From: Candidatus Kaiserbacteria bacterium | GTDB lineage: Bacteria; Patescibacteriota; Minisyncoccia; Phycocordibacterales; UBA2100 | Reading direction: 5' to 3' | Length of the DNA stretch: 64,000 bases | NCBI GenBank assembly: GCA_016186765.1 | Contig: JACPLD010000004.1 | Span: 29,287 to 93,286, forward strand | Part shown: positions 29,448 through 38,798 of the stretch, piece after piece | Position numbering within the stretch: position 1 is the stretch's first letter | Layout of the letters: each line of letters starts with the position of its first letter | The notes under the pieces: model-generated | Told to the model about the DNA's origin: nothing | Seen by the model: the letters and a program-made list of their open reading frames with translations, nothing else | Database searches by the model: none | Made by a program: the position numbers and the translations under genes

Positions 29448-30647
29448 ATGCAAAAAATAAAAGTGGCGATGTTCACCGATGAGCTCGATCGAGGGAGGGA
29501 GCGCTCGCCCTACTACCGCCGCGTCATCGAGGAGCTTCTCAAGGACCCTTCTATCGAGCTCACGCTCATCCACGCGAAACCGAATCCCGAGCAGCCACTC
29601 TACAAGAAAGCGCGGGAGATCATTTTTCCGCGCATTGAACTGCCGGTCGCCTCACGCTTCGTTTCCTTCATCCGCTTCTGCCTCACGACAAAGGAGCACT
29701 TCGACATCGTACATTGGTTCCACCCACGTGTGTTTCCTTTCTTCTGGCTTTTCCCTGCAAAAAAGACTGTCATCATGACACACGCGGGTGGTGATGTACT
29801 TTCGCCTACCGATATCTGGTCGTGGTCACGCTTCGTGTTCAACTACACGCTGATTCTCTTCAGCCGATACGTCGATGCATTCATCGCCGTCTCCAATTAC
29901 GGCAACCGCGAGATCATCTATGCATACCGCGTGCCACCACAGAAGGTGTTCACGATTTTCCCCGCGCTCGACCAAATGTACGACCCTCTGCCGAGCGACG
30001 CACACGTGAATGCCACGGTAAAAAAATACGGTCTCGAAAAAGGAAGATACATCCTCTTCCTCGGACGCTTCCGGCTGCACAAGCATGTTGGCCATCTCGT
30101 ACGCTCATACATCCGCTACCGGCAACTGTATCCCGATGCAAAGGAGATTTTAGCCCTCGCGGGCAGTACAAAAGACGAATACGCTCGCTCGTTCGGCGAA
30201 CTTCCCACGTCTGCCTTTACCTCGGATATCAAATTCGTCGGCTACGTTGAGACCGACGACATTCCCTCCATCTACTGCGGCGCGACGGTCGTCTCGTTCG
30301 TGACATTGAGCGAAGGCTTCGGCATGCCCATCCTCGAATCGTTTGCGTGCAAAGTACCCGTGATTACCTCAAACGTGACCGCTTCGCCGGAAGCGGCCGG
30401 AAATGCTGCCCTTATTGTCGATCCTCATGATCAGCAGGCTCTCGTTGACGCTTTCAAACTGGTGCGCAGGCCAGATGTCCGAAAGACCTTGATCGAGCGC
30501 GGATTCGCGCGAAGCCGCTTTTTTACCATCGAGATGTCGGTCGGCGGCACCAAGGACCTCTACCGCCACCTCCTCGGAGAAGATAAACACCTGCAATTCG
30601 AAGAACGTCCCCGCATGCCCATAGCGCTTCCGTACGAGATGCCGTGA
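29448..30647 (+). CDS. Glycosyltransferase family 4
   Basis: LFLGR, EGFGMPILE, PVITSN. Confidence 0.9.
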   Translation: MQKIKVAMFTDELDRGRERSPYYRRVIEELLKDPSIELTLIHAKPNPEQPLYKKAREIIFPRIELPVASRFVSFIRFCLTTKEHFDIVHWFHPRVFPFFWLFPAKKTVIMTHAGGDVLSPTDIWSWSRFVFNYTLILFSRYVDAFIAVSNYGNREIIYAYRVPPQKVFTIFPALDQMYDPLPSDAHVNATVKKYGLEKGRYILFLGRFRLHKHVGHLVRSYIRYRQLYPDAKEILALAGSTKDEYARSFGELPTSAFTSDIKFVGYVETDDIPSIYCGATVVSFVTLSEGFGMPILESFACKVPVITSNVTASPEAAGNAALIVDPHDQQALVDAFKLVRRPDVRKTLIERGFARSRFFTIEMSVGGTKDLYRHLLGEDKHLQFEERPRMPIALPYEMP

Positions 30648-31274
30648 TTATTTGGTCATTCGCATGACAAAGTAGTCCGTTGGAATTCTCAGAGCATTTC
30701 GTTCAACAAACGTCTCCACGTCCGGAAAAACTTCACGAGCAAGTTTCTGATATTGGTAGTTGAAGCGCACGAATGCTCCGCGATCTCTGGAGAGAATGAA
30801 CTTCTTTATGCGTGACTGATCTTTCAGATAGACTCCGTCGACAGTAAACACGGTCCCGCCCAGTTTCAGCATCATTCGCGCAAACGAGAGCACGCCACGC
30901 ACTTCCCCATCGTTCAGGTGATGCAGTACACCGTAGAGCACGACCACGTCAAAGTTGTTTTTCGGCAGATCAAGACTCTCAATATCATTTACATCGATGA
31001 GCTCAAAACGACCCTGATTTCCGTACTTTTTTCTCGCCAGCTCGATGTAGAGCGGATTAACGTCCACACCCGTGTACCGCACATGCGAAGGCAGATACTC
31101 CAGCAACTCCCCCGAGCCGCACCCTATGTCGAGAAGTTTACAGCCTTCGGGAAACGAAACGTACGTGCGAAAAAGTCTGTCGCGAGCAGCACGTGAGCCG
31201 ACAAGCCACTGATAGAGATCATATACGGAAGGAAACTTCAAGACGCTGCGTATTCCCACGTTGCCCTCGCTCAT
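30648..31274 (-). CDS. Class I SAM-dependent methyltransferase
   Basis: LLDIGCGSG, GVLHHL, DRG; ATGA overlap with the DegT gene. Confidence 0.85.
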   Translation of the reverse strand: MSEGNVGIRSVLKFPSVYDLYQWLVGSRAARDRLFRTYVSFPEGCKLLDIGCGSGELLEYLPSHVRYTGVDVNPLYIELARKKYGNQGRFELIDVNDIESLDLPKNNFDVVVLYGVLHHLNDGEVRGVLSFARMMLKLGGTVFTVDGVYLKDQSRIKKFILSRDRGAFVRFNYQYQKLAREVFPDVETFVERNALRIPTDYFVMRMTK

Positions 31275-32419
31275 GCAAAAATACCCTTGATCGCATCGAT
31301 AACGTCTCGCACATCGTCGTCCGTGAGCTTGGCAGAAAGCGGGATGGAAGCAGTACGCGCGCCTATCCATTCAGTATTCGGAAGATCGCCCTCTTTGTGC
31401 TCGAGCGCTCTGCGGTAGTACTGCCGCAGATGTAGCGGCCGGAAGTGCACGCCTGTGCCAATGTTGCGCTTCGTCATTTCATTCAAAAACTCATCGCGGG
31501 TTACGTTTGTTTTATCCGTATCAATCAACACCGTATAGAGATGATATGCATGCCGATCTCCTTTTTCTACCGGAGCCGGAAGAATAAGCGGCAAGCCTTG
31601 TAGTTCGTCGTTGTACTGCTGCCATATTGCTGCGCGTCTTTGCCAGCTCTTCTCGATGCGCGCGAGCTGATGGATGCCGAGCGATGCCTGAATGTCGGTC
31701 ATGTTGTACTTGTACCCCGCCTCGACTACATCGTAGTGTTTGTATCCTTCGCTTCCGTAGCGCTTCCATGCGTCCGCACTCATCCCGTGAAGCGAGAGGA
31801 TGCGAATACGCTCTGCATACGCTTCATTGTTCGTCACCACCATACCGCCCTCAGCCGTCACGAGGTTCTTTGTCGTATAAAAACTGTAGCACCCCAGATC
31901 ACCGATCGTTCCCACCTTCCTTCCCTTATATTCGGTTTCCACCGCGTGCGCCGCGTCTTCTATGACCGCGAGATGGTGCTCTTTTGCGATGGCCATCAGC
32001 TCGCCCATGTTTGCCGACCGTCCAGCCATGTGCACGACGATGATGGCTTTGGTCTTATCCGTAATTCGCCGCCGTACGTCTTCCGGATCGATGTTTTGCG
32101 TCGCCCTTTCACAGTCGGCAAATACAACCTTCGCACCGCAGTGAACAACGACATTTGCTGTCGAAGCAAACGTGATACTCGGCACAATGACCTCATCGCC
32201 CGGCCCCACACCTGCAGTGATGAGGGAGAGATGCAGCGCAGCCGTGCATGAGTTTACGGCAACGGCGTGTTGAGCTCTGACATATTGTTTGAATTCTTCT
32301 TCGAACCTGTGGGTCTTTGGCCCTGTACCGATCCAGCCGCTTTTTAACGTCGCGACGACTTCGTCTATTTCTTCCTGCCCGATGAGCGGAGAGCCGAAAA
32401 TGAGAAAATCCTTCCGCAT
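31271..32419 (-). CDS. DegT/DnrJ/EryC1/StrS aminotransferase
   Basis: SGWIGTGP, NSCTAALH, EDAAHA, SFYTTKNLVTAEGG, GYKYNMTD. Confidence 0.92.
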   Translation of the reverse strand: MRKDFLIFGSPLIGQEEIDEVVATLKSGWIGTGPKTHRFEEEFKQYVRAQHAVAVNSCTAALHLSLITAGVGPGDEVIVPSITFASTANVVVHCGAKVVFADCERATQNIDPEDVRRRITDKTKAIIVVHMAGRSANMGELMAIAKEHHLAVIEDAAHAVETEYKGRKVGTIGDLGCYSFYTTKNLVTAEGGMVVTNNEAYAERIRILSLHGMSADAWKRYGSEGYKHYDVVEAGYKYNMTDIQASLGIHQLARIEKSWQRRAAIWQQYNDELQGLPLILPAPVEKGDRHAYHLYTVLIDTDKTNVTRDEFLNEMTKRNIGTGVHFRPLHLRQYYRRALEHKEGDLPNTEWIGARTASIPLSAKLTDDDVRDVIDAIKGIFA

Positions 32420-32498
32420 TCGCTAACTATAGTGGTGATTCGAGACCCGAACAAGAGAATGACGCTCCAAAAAGAGACTGCTACAATACCTCGTACCT

Positions 32499-33926
32499 AT
32501 GGTGATCCGTGTTCTCCCCGGTCCGCTTTCCGACATGCAGATCGCTCGGCTCATCGCGAGTACCTGCATACTTCTCTATCTCGCCGTGTTCGCTGTTCTC
32601 TTCTCGCTTGGATCTGCACAAGGAACAGGCTTTCAGGCGATGATAGGCCTCGATGGCCCCGAGACATCCGATGTGACCGAATATGTGCACCTCGCCGAAA
32701 GTATGCTTACTGTCGGCAGATTTGAAATTTCGCCATCGATCGGACCGGAGTATTTGCGCGTGCCGGGATATCCCGCCTTCCTCGCGCTCATACTTGCAGT
32801 TTTTGGAACGCTGACCGTCGTCCCCTTCATCCAAATTATCTTCACTGCGGGCACTGCTGCTCTCATCTACCTCGTCGGCGTGCGGTATTTCCCACGACCA
32901 ATTCCGATTGCGGCCGCAGCCGTGTACGCGGCAAATCCCGTCGTTGTGTATTCGACGTGGGTGCCGATTTCAGAACCGCTCTTCATGCTTACCCTCATGG
33001 GAAGCACTTACATGCTCGGCTTGCCGATGAGACGAGCGTGGATGCCCTACGTGATTGCAGGAATTCTCTTCGGCATTTCCGTGTACATGCGGCCTGTTGG
33101 GCTCTACCTCGCGCCTCTCATTGCCTGCCTTGTCTTTGCAAATGCCGTGTCGTGGAAAGCCGCCGCACGCGGCGCTCTCATCTTTCTGATCGTTGCAGCG
33201 GCAACCGTTATTCCGTGGATGGCCCGCAACTACGCGCTCTCCGGACACTTCGCCTTCTCTTCCTCGAGCGCGTTCAACCTTTACTTTGCGAATATGCCTA
33301 TCTTCGAACAAGCCCGCACCGGCGTTTCGTACGAGCAGATTCAGCGCGAAAATAACGAAAAATATTTTGGTACGCAGGAGGAGGACATTCTGCGTTCTTT
33401 CAAGTACGCCGGAGAGCAGTTGGCGATCGCGCGAGAGGTCATCCTTGCACACCCTATAGAATACGCAGCCTTCCATACTGCCAAATCAATGCAGCTGTTC
33501 ATCGGCTCGAGCATCGTCAATTTCAAATATCACATGCGTAAACTCGGCGTGTTGCCGGGAGAACAAATACATGGCGAGGGCGCGTGGGGAATGATCCTCC
33601 AGGGCCGATGGGGTGATGCCTTCGTCCAGACATTCACAAACGTACCGCGTCTCATCGAGCGGCTCTTATGGCTTCTCCTCTACGCAGGCATGCTCTATAC
33701 GACGTTCCGAGCGCTCAAGTATCGAGACGCTTCGAGCATATGGATCGTCTGCGCATTCCTTTTCATCCACGCCGTCGCGTTCATGACAGGCCCTTCGAGC
33801 GATACGACACGCTACCGTATGCCGCTCGAGCCGTTTCTGCTTCTACTCGGCATGTACGGCATATACATGGCTGTCACCCAGCTGTGGAAGCGTTTTCGGC
33901 CTCCCGCAACCATAAAACTTCCCTAG
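32499..33926 (+). CDS. Multi-TM GT-C glycosyltransferase (GT39/ArnT-like)
   Basis: D..EY loop after first TM, RVPGYP, SE, RP, PW..RNY, RYRMP; many TM helices. Confidence 0.75.
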   Translation: MVIRVLPGPLSDMQIARLIASTCILLYLAVFAVLFSLGSAQGTGFQAMIGLDGPETSDVTEYVHLAESMLTVGRFEISPSIGPEYLRVPGYPAFLALILAVFGTLTVVPFIQIIFTAGTAALIYLVGVRYFPRPIPIAAAAVYAANPVVVYSTWVPISEPLFMLTLMGSTYMLGLPMRRAWMPYVIAGILFGISVYMRPVGLYLAPLIACLVFANAVSWKAAARGALIFLIVAAATVIPWMARNYALSGHFAFSSSSAFNLYFANMPIFEQARTGVSYEQIQRENNEKYFGTQEEDILRSFKYAGEQLAIAREVILAHPIEYAAFHTAKSMQLFIGSSIVNFKYHMRKLGVLPGEQIHGEGAWGMILQGRWGDAFVQTFTNVPRLIERLLWLLLYAGMLYTTFRALKYRDASSIWIVCAFLFIHAVAFMTGPSSDTTRYRMPLEPFLLLLGMYGIYMAVTQLWKRFRPPATIKLP

Positions 33927-34112
33927 AACCCATCTCAAAAATAATGGCGTAACGAGGCCGCTTCCGCGTGAGCGAGGCGCCGCGGCGCAGGGCGAAGCGT
34001 GTCTGCGACACGATGAGACCGAGCCGTTCGATGCCGCAGCCGCGCGGAAGCGGCCGCAGTAGCCAAGCAGATTTGTCCTTCATCCATGCGTTTATTTTTG
34101 AGATGGGTTCTA
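33924..34112. mobile_element. MITE-like non-autonomous element (189 bp including terminal TA)
   Basis: Perfect 21-bp inverted repeats TAGAACCCATCTCAAAAATAA (33924-33944) / TTATTTTTGAGATGGGTTCTA (34092-34112); internal 13-bp inverted repeat GGCCGCTTCCGCG; no transposase. Confidence 0.8.
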
Positions 34113-35771
34113 ATCAATAGCGAGTCGATAGATCACAATATCGGGTCCCAGCCGCTTATCGGCAAAAATGGCAGGTAAAGGCTCCAGAAAGGCACTTTCC
34201 CATATCGATGTCGCCGTCCCAAAACCGGAGAAATGTGCCACAACAGTCGCATCGTGCGTGAGAGTCGCAAAAACTTCCGCTGTTTCCGGGCTACCCTTGA
34301 GTGAGCGTGGCTCAACGATCGCGTAGGTGTAGCCTTTCTCGCGGGCATACGCAGGGAGGTTCTGCATGAACGGCGTTTCAATGAGAGACGTGAGGTTGTT
34401 GAGCGCATAGGGAACGTCCTGTCGCTGCAAGCGCTCGTCCGCCTCATCAACCTTGCGCAGCGCGCTCGGATCAATGGAGCGCAATTCGGAAACAGCTGCA
34501 GCCTGCGTCGGGATGTGCAGCGCGGAGGAATATACAAGTATGTGATCGCTCGAACCGAGCTGCTCGAGCACCCATTCTCTCGCATGTTCGCGAGTGTCGC
34601 TCTGGAAGGCGAGATACGCGATACGAGCCGACGCTGCAAGCGGAATCAAGAGAACGATGCAGATGAGAAGCGCGGTCCTGCGATTCCACAATCTAGAAAG
34701 TACATATCCGCCGGAAAGTGCGTAGAGCGGGACGAGTGGGAGCAAGAAGCGTGCGTCGAGTCTGAAGAGTACGTAGAACGTGGCGACGTAGACGAGGAAA
34801 AATCCTAGCACGAAGAAAAATACTGTCCGTTCGCGAACAAAAAACAGTGCGACGCCCCACAAAGAGAGTGCCGTAAAGATTGGCTCCGAAAAGATCGTCA
34901 ACGAGAGTGCTTGTAGCGGACTGGACAGCAGGCCGACGAACGATTTCCCAGCATAGAGCGTAGTCGCCCCGAGAAATGCATTGCCCCCCTGCCACAGGAG
35001 CGCCGGTATGAGCGCAAGAACCACGAATACAAGGATATTCATACTCATTCGAGGTGCGTCGCGAAGGATTTGCCCGGAATTTCTTGCGTCAAAGCACAGG
35101 TAGTACAACCCTATGAGGGGTAATGCGAGAGCCGAAATCGAGGAAACTCCCATACCGAGACCGACGACAACGAATGCATAGAGGTATCGGCGCTCTTTTG
35201 TAATGGGGCGAGTGAGAATGAAAAGTACGAGTAAGAACAGGAACGAGATGGGAAGCCAATTTCGGCCCACCATCGAAAGCGCTTGATGCAACACGCTCGT
35301 TGCAAGGAGAAAGCCCGCCGCAGCCGCGGCAATCTTCGAGCGAAAGAGTGCCTCACCAACGCGGTAGACAAGGTAGACAGAAACGGTGCCCAGAAGCACA
35401 TGAACGAGTCGCGCGGTGATAAAAAACGCCGAAAGATTGGAGACAAGATAGGGAGTAAACAGATCGGCTGCTCCATTCCACAAGAGCATTTTCACGCCGA
35501 TAATGACAGCAAACGGCAGCAACAGGACGTACGAAAGGTAGGGCGGATATGGCAGGATATTTGCGAACGCTTCCGGATTGAGAGCCGGTATGAGCGTCTT
35601 GGTATCGAGCATCTGAAGCGCTGCAAAGGTAAACGGATATTCGTCGTTCACGACCGTAAGCGGCAAACCATAACCAACACCAAAGACTCTAAGGAAAAAT
35701 GCGAGCGCGAGAAGCGCGAGAAGCACCGGCTCTTCGCGAATCCAATCCCTAATTCTTTGTGCGATTCGCAT
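34110..35771 (-). CDS. Multi-TM GT-C glycosyltransferase (GT39/PMT-like)
   Basis: LRVFGVGYGLP..NDE, YPP, AR, RFLLP; many TM helices plus soluble C-terminal domain. Confidence 0.75.
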   Translation of the reverse strand: MRIAQRIRDWIREEPVLLALLALAFFLRVFGVGYGLPLTVVNDEYPFTFAALQMLDTKTLIPALNPEAFANILPYPPYLSYVLLLPFAVIIGVKMLLWNGAADLFTPYLVSNLSAFFITARLVHVLLGTVSVYLVYRVGEALFRSKIAAAAAGFLLATSVLHQALSMVGRNWLPISFLFLLVLFILTRPITKERRYLYAFVVVGLGMGVSSISALALPLIGLYYLCFDARNSGQILRDAPRMSMNILVFVVLALIPALLWQGGNAFLGATTLYAGKSFVGLLSSPLQALSLTIFSEPIFTALSLWGVALFFVRERTVFFFVLGFFLVYVATFYVLFRLDARFLLPLVPLYALSGGYVLSRLWNRRTALLICIVLLIPLAASARIAYLAFQSDTREHAREWVLEQLGSSDHILVYSSALHIPTQAAAVSELRSIDPSALRKVDEADERLQRQDVPYALNNLTSLIETPFMQNLPAYAREKGYTYAIVEPRSLKGSPETAEVFATLTHDATVVAHFSGFGTATSIWESAFLEPLPAIFADKRLGPDIVIYRLAID

Positions 35772-36858
35772 AGAGTTCGAGCAAGAGCTTTTCGAATACG
35801 CGCATATATTCCGAGAGCGAATACTTCTCTACCCTATTCTTCGCAGCTTCGCCGAAGCGCACGGCAAGAGCCCGATCAGAAAGCAGTTTGTCGATCGCCC
35901 CTGCAAGCTTATGTGGATCGCGCGGCGGCACACAGAGTCCTGTCTTACCGTTCTCGATGAAAACAGGAACATCGCCTACCGCGGTTGCAACGATCGCTTT
36001 CCCCTCGCCCATTGCCTCCATTATCGCAATCGGCAGATCCGTGGACACCGAAGGATCGACGTACACATCCGCAAGAGGCAGGACATCCTGAATGTCGAGA
36101 CGCCCAGGCAGAAAAATGCTGCGCGCTATGCCGAGCTCACGCGCCTGCGAGAGGAGCGGATCCTTCAGCGGCCCCCAACCAACGAGTAAAAAGACAGCAT
36201 CGGGATATTTCGTAAGAACGCTTTTTGCCGCTTCGATGAGACATGTATGCCCCTTATCGCTCACCAGCCGGCTTACCGTGAGAACAACGCGTGCTTTTTC
36301 GGGTATGCCGAGCTCGGAGCGCACGGTGCGTATATCTCTCGGTTTCCCTTCCAAAAGCGGAGGAATGTACATCGTCCTGAACTTCTCAAGCGGAATACGT
36401 TCCTGCGAAGCAGTAAAGCGGCTCGCCGCCTTGGAATCTGTAATGATGACCTGCGTCCACCTAGCGAGAAACCGATCCATGAATATCTGCCAGCGGCGCT
36501 TCTCGGGATAGATATTGTGCTCGTAGCTCACAATGACCGGCACACGTGCAAGTATTGCGGCGATGCGTACGAGGAGATTCGCGGAGAAGAGATGTGTCAC
36601 CACGACGTCGAATCGTTCTCGCTTGAGGTATGCGACAAGGGTGGGCAAGCGGATAATATCGAGCGTCGAACGAAAGCCGAAGCAGCGATCTATCTCGACG
36701 CTTGCGGCGAGCGAATCTTCTTGTTCAGTAAAAAGTGTGACGAGTGTAGGAACAAAACGCTCGCGATTGAGCGTTCGCATTTGCTGTACGAGGAGCTTTT
36801 CGGCTCCGCCGACGCTCATCCTCGGTACTGCAAAGAGGATCTTCACCCTCTCGCTCAT
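35749..36858 (-). CDS. Glycosyltransferase family 4
   Basis: GGAEK, SRL..KG, DLPIAIMEAM, ATAVGD. Confidence 0.9.
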   Translation of the reverse strand: MSERVKILFAVPRMSVGGAEKLLVQQMRTLNRERFVPTLVTLFTEQEDSLAASVEIDRCFGFRSTLDIIRLPTLVAYLKRERFDVVVTHLFSANLLVRIAAILARVPVIVSYEHNIYPEKRRWQIFMDRFLARWTQVIITDSKAASRFTASQERIPLEKFRTMYIPPLLEGKPRDIRTVRSELGIPEKARVVLTVSRLVSDKGHTCLIEAAKSVLTKYPDAVFLLVGWGPLKDPLLSQARELGIARSIFLPGRLDIQDVLPLADVYVDPSVSTDLPIAIMEAMGEGKAIVATAVGDVPVFIENGKTGLCVPPRDPHKLAGAIDKLLSDRALAVRFGEAAKNRVEKYSLSEYMRVFEKLLLELYANRTKN

Positions 36859-37727
36859 ATGTACGGCTCATCAATGATGCGCACGAGGTATGAGCCATAC
36901 CCGCTCTTCATAAGCGGCAGAGCTATCTTTTTTAGCTGATCTTTCGTGATATATCCCATTCTATAGGCAACCTCCTCGATGCTTCCGATGAGGAACCCCT
37001 GCCGATTCTCAATGACGCGGACGAACTCCGCTGCCTCCATGAGCGAGGCGAACGTGCCGGTATCAAGCCACACGGTTCCACGATCAAGCTCGAGCACGGT
37101 AAGGCGACCTCCCTTGAGGTACTCTTGGAGAACACCCGTGATCTCGTATTCTCCGCGCCCGCTCCGCTTCGCTTTTTTAGCAACGCCTACAACGGAATTA
37201 TCAAAAAAGTAGAGGCCTGGAACAGCGTAGTTCGATTTCGGTTTTGCGGGCTTCTCCTCAATCGATACTGCTTTGCCATATTTGTCGAATTCGATGACGC
37301 CATACCCCGTCGTGTCGGAGACGTGGTGCGCGAATATGATGCCCCCCTTCGGTTTCCGACACTTTTCAAAAAGTTTTCGCAATCCCGAGCTATAGAAGAA
37401 ATTGTCGCCGAGAATAAGAGCTACGCCGTCCTTGCCGATGTGCTTTTCCCCGATGACGAACGCTTGCGCTAAGCCTTCGGGCTTCTCCTGCACGGCAAAA
37501 GTGAACGAGCAGCCGAGCTTTGAGCCGTCTCCTAAGAGCCGCTCGAAGCTGCTTTTCTCATGCGGTGTGGTGATGATGAGAATGTCGCGGATGCCCGCGA
37601 GCATCAGCGTCGAGAGCGGATAGTAGATCATCGGCTTGTTGTAGAGCGGAATGAGCTGTTTGCTCGTGCCCTGCGTCAGGGGATAGAGTCGCGTGCCGCT
37701 CCCTCCAGCAAGAATGACGCCCTTCAT
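36855..37727 (-). CDS. rmlA: Glucose-1-phosphate thymidylyltransferase
   Basis: GVILAGGSGTRLYP, SKQL, KPMIYYPLS, GLAQAF, LGDN, EEKP, RGEYEIT, WLDTGT. Confidence 0.95.
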   Translation of the reverse strand: MKGVILAGGSGTRLYPLTQGTSKQLIPLYNKPMIYYPLSTLMLAGIRDILIITTPHEKSSFERLLGDGSKLGCSFTFAVQEKPEGLAQAFVIGEKHIGKDGVALILGDNFFYSSGLRKLFEKCRKPKGGIIFAHHVSDTTGYGVIEFDKYGKAVSIEEKPAKPKSNYAVPGLYFFDNSVVGVAKKAKRSGRGEYEITGVLQEYLKGGRLTVLELDRGTVWLDTGTFASLMEAAEFVRVIENRQGFLIGSIEEVAYRMGYITKDQLKKIALPLMKSGYGSYLVRIIDEPYI

Positions 37728-38740
37728 AGCGAGATGTGGGTATTAGTAGCAGGCGCCGCGCGCAGAGACAAGCTCGCCGCGAGATCACGCACGACCTCGG
37801 AAAGTTTCTCCTCGAGCGTGTATTTCGGCGTCCAGCCCAATCCCCGAAGCTTCGCAGAGTCGACAGCATACTTGCGGTCGTGCGCGGGACGGTCTTCTAC
37901 GTAGGTGATCAGAGAGGCAGGTTTGCCGAGTGCTTCAAGAATGCGCAGCGCTAGTTCCTTGTTGGAATACTCCTTCTGCTGAGAAATGTTGTACACCTCG
38001 CCGAGAGTGCCCTTCGTGAGCACCGTGAGTATCGCTTCCGAGTGATCGTCAACATAGAGCCAATCGCGACGGTTCTCGCCATCGCCATAAAGCGGCAGAG
38101 GTTCATCCTGAAGCGCTCGTGCCGTAAAGAACGGAATGATCTTCTCCGGGAACTGACGCGGCCCGTAGTTGTTGACGGAATGCGTCACAATAACCGGAAG
38201 TTGGTGTGTTTTGACGTACGCGCGTACCAGAAGATCACCCGCCGCCTTCGAAGCGGCATAGGGCGAATTCGGAAGGAATGGCGATTCTTCGGTAAATCTT
38301 TCTTTCGAATCAAGCGGGATATCGCCCCACACCTCGTCAGTCGAAATGTAGACCATACGCCCCACGTTTGGAGTGTGCCGAAGCGCTTCGAGGAGGAAGT
38401 GGACGCCAAGCACGTTCGTGTGGACGAACGCCTCTGCCGAACTATGGATCGAGCGGTCCACGTGTGTTTCCGCCGCGAAATTGACGACCATATCAGCGTC
38501 TTTAAAGAGCTTGGCCGTCAAATCCGCATCTGCAATATCTCCTTTCACGAACGAATAACGGCTCGTATCAACTCCCGCAAGATTCTCGGGATTCCCTGCA
38601 TACGTGAGGAGATCGAGATTGACGATGCGAAGATCGGGAATGCGCGCGAGCGTGTACAGAATGAAATTGGAGCCCATAAAGCCCGCGCCACCGCACACGA
38701 GCACGCGTTTCCCTCCAAGGGCGTTGTAATCCAGCGTCAT
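37724..38740 (-). CDS. rmlB: dTDP-glucose 4,6-dehydratase
   Basis: GGAGFMGSNF, LTYAGN, FAAETHVDRSI, STDEV, PYAASKA, NNYGP.QFPEK, DRPAHDRKY. Confidence 0.95.
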   Translation of the reverse strand: MTLDYNALGGKRVLVCGGAGFMGSNFILYTLARIPDLRIVNLDLLTYAGNPENLAGVDTSRYSFVKGDIADADLTAKLFKDADMVVNFAAETHVDRSIHSSAEAFVHTNVLGVHFLLEALRHTPNVGRMVYISTDEVWGDIPLDSKERFTEESPFLPNSPYAASKAAGDLLVRAYVKTHQLPVIVTHSVNNYGPRQFPEKIIPFFTARALQDEPLPLYGDGENRRDWLYVDDHSEAILTVLTKGTLGEVYNISQQKEYSNKELALRILEALGKPASLITYVEDRPAHDRKYAVDSAKLRGLGWTPKYTLEEKLSEVVRDLAASLSLRAAPATNTHISL

Positions 38741-38757
38741 ACAGGTAGTATCGTCAC

Positions 38758-38795
38758 TATACCCCATGAGATGACGCAAGCTATCTCACGGGGTA
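38758..38795. repeat. ~38-bp palindromic repeat, copy 1, between divergent rmlB and GT4
   Basis: TATACCCCATGAGAT-GACGCAAGCT-ATCTCACGGGGTA; 1 mismatch to the copy at 51460. Confidence 0.9.
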
Positions 38796-38798
38796 AAT

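Noticed and set aside
33874-34117. Short ORFs of 69 and 60 aa as a transposase remnant
   Set aside because: They cross the MITE ends and show no DDE or HTH features
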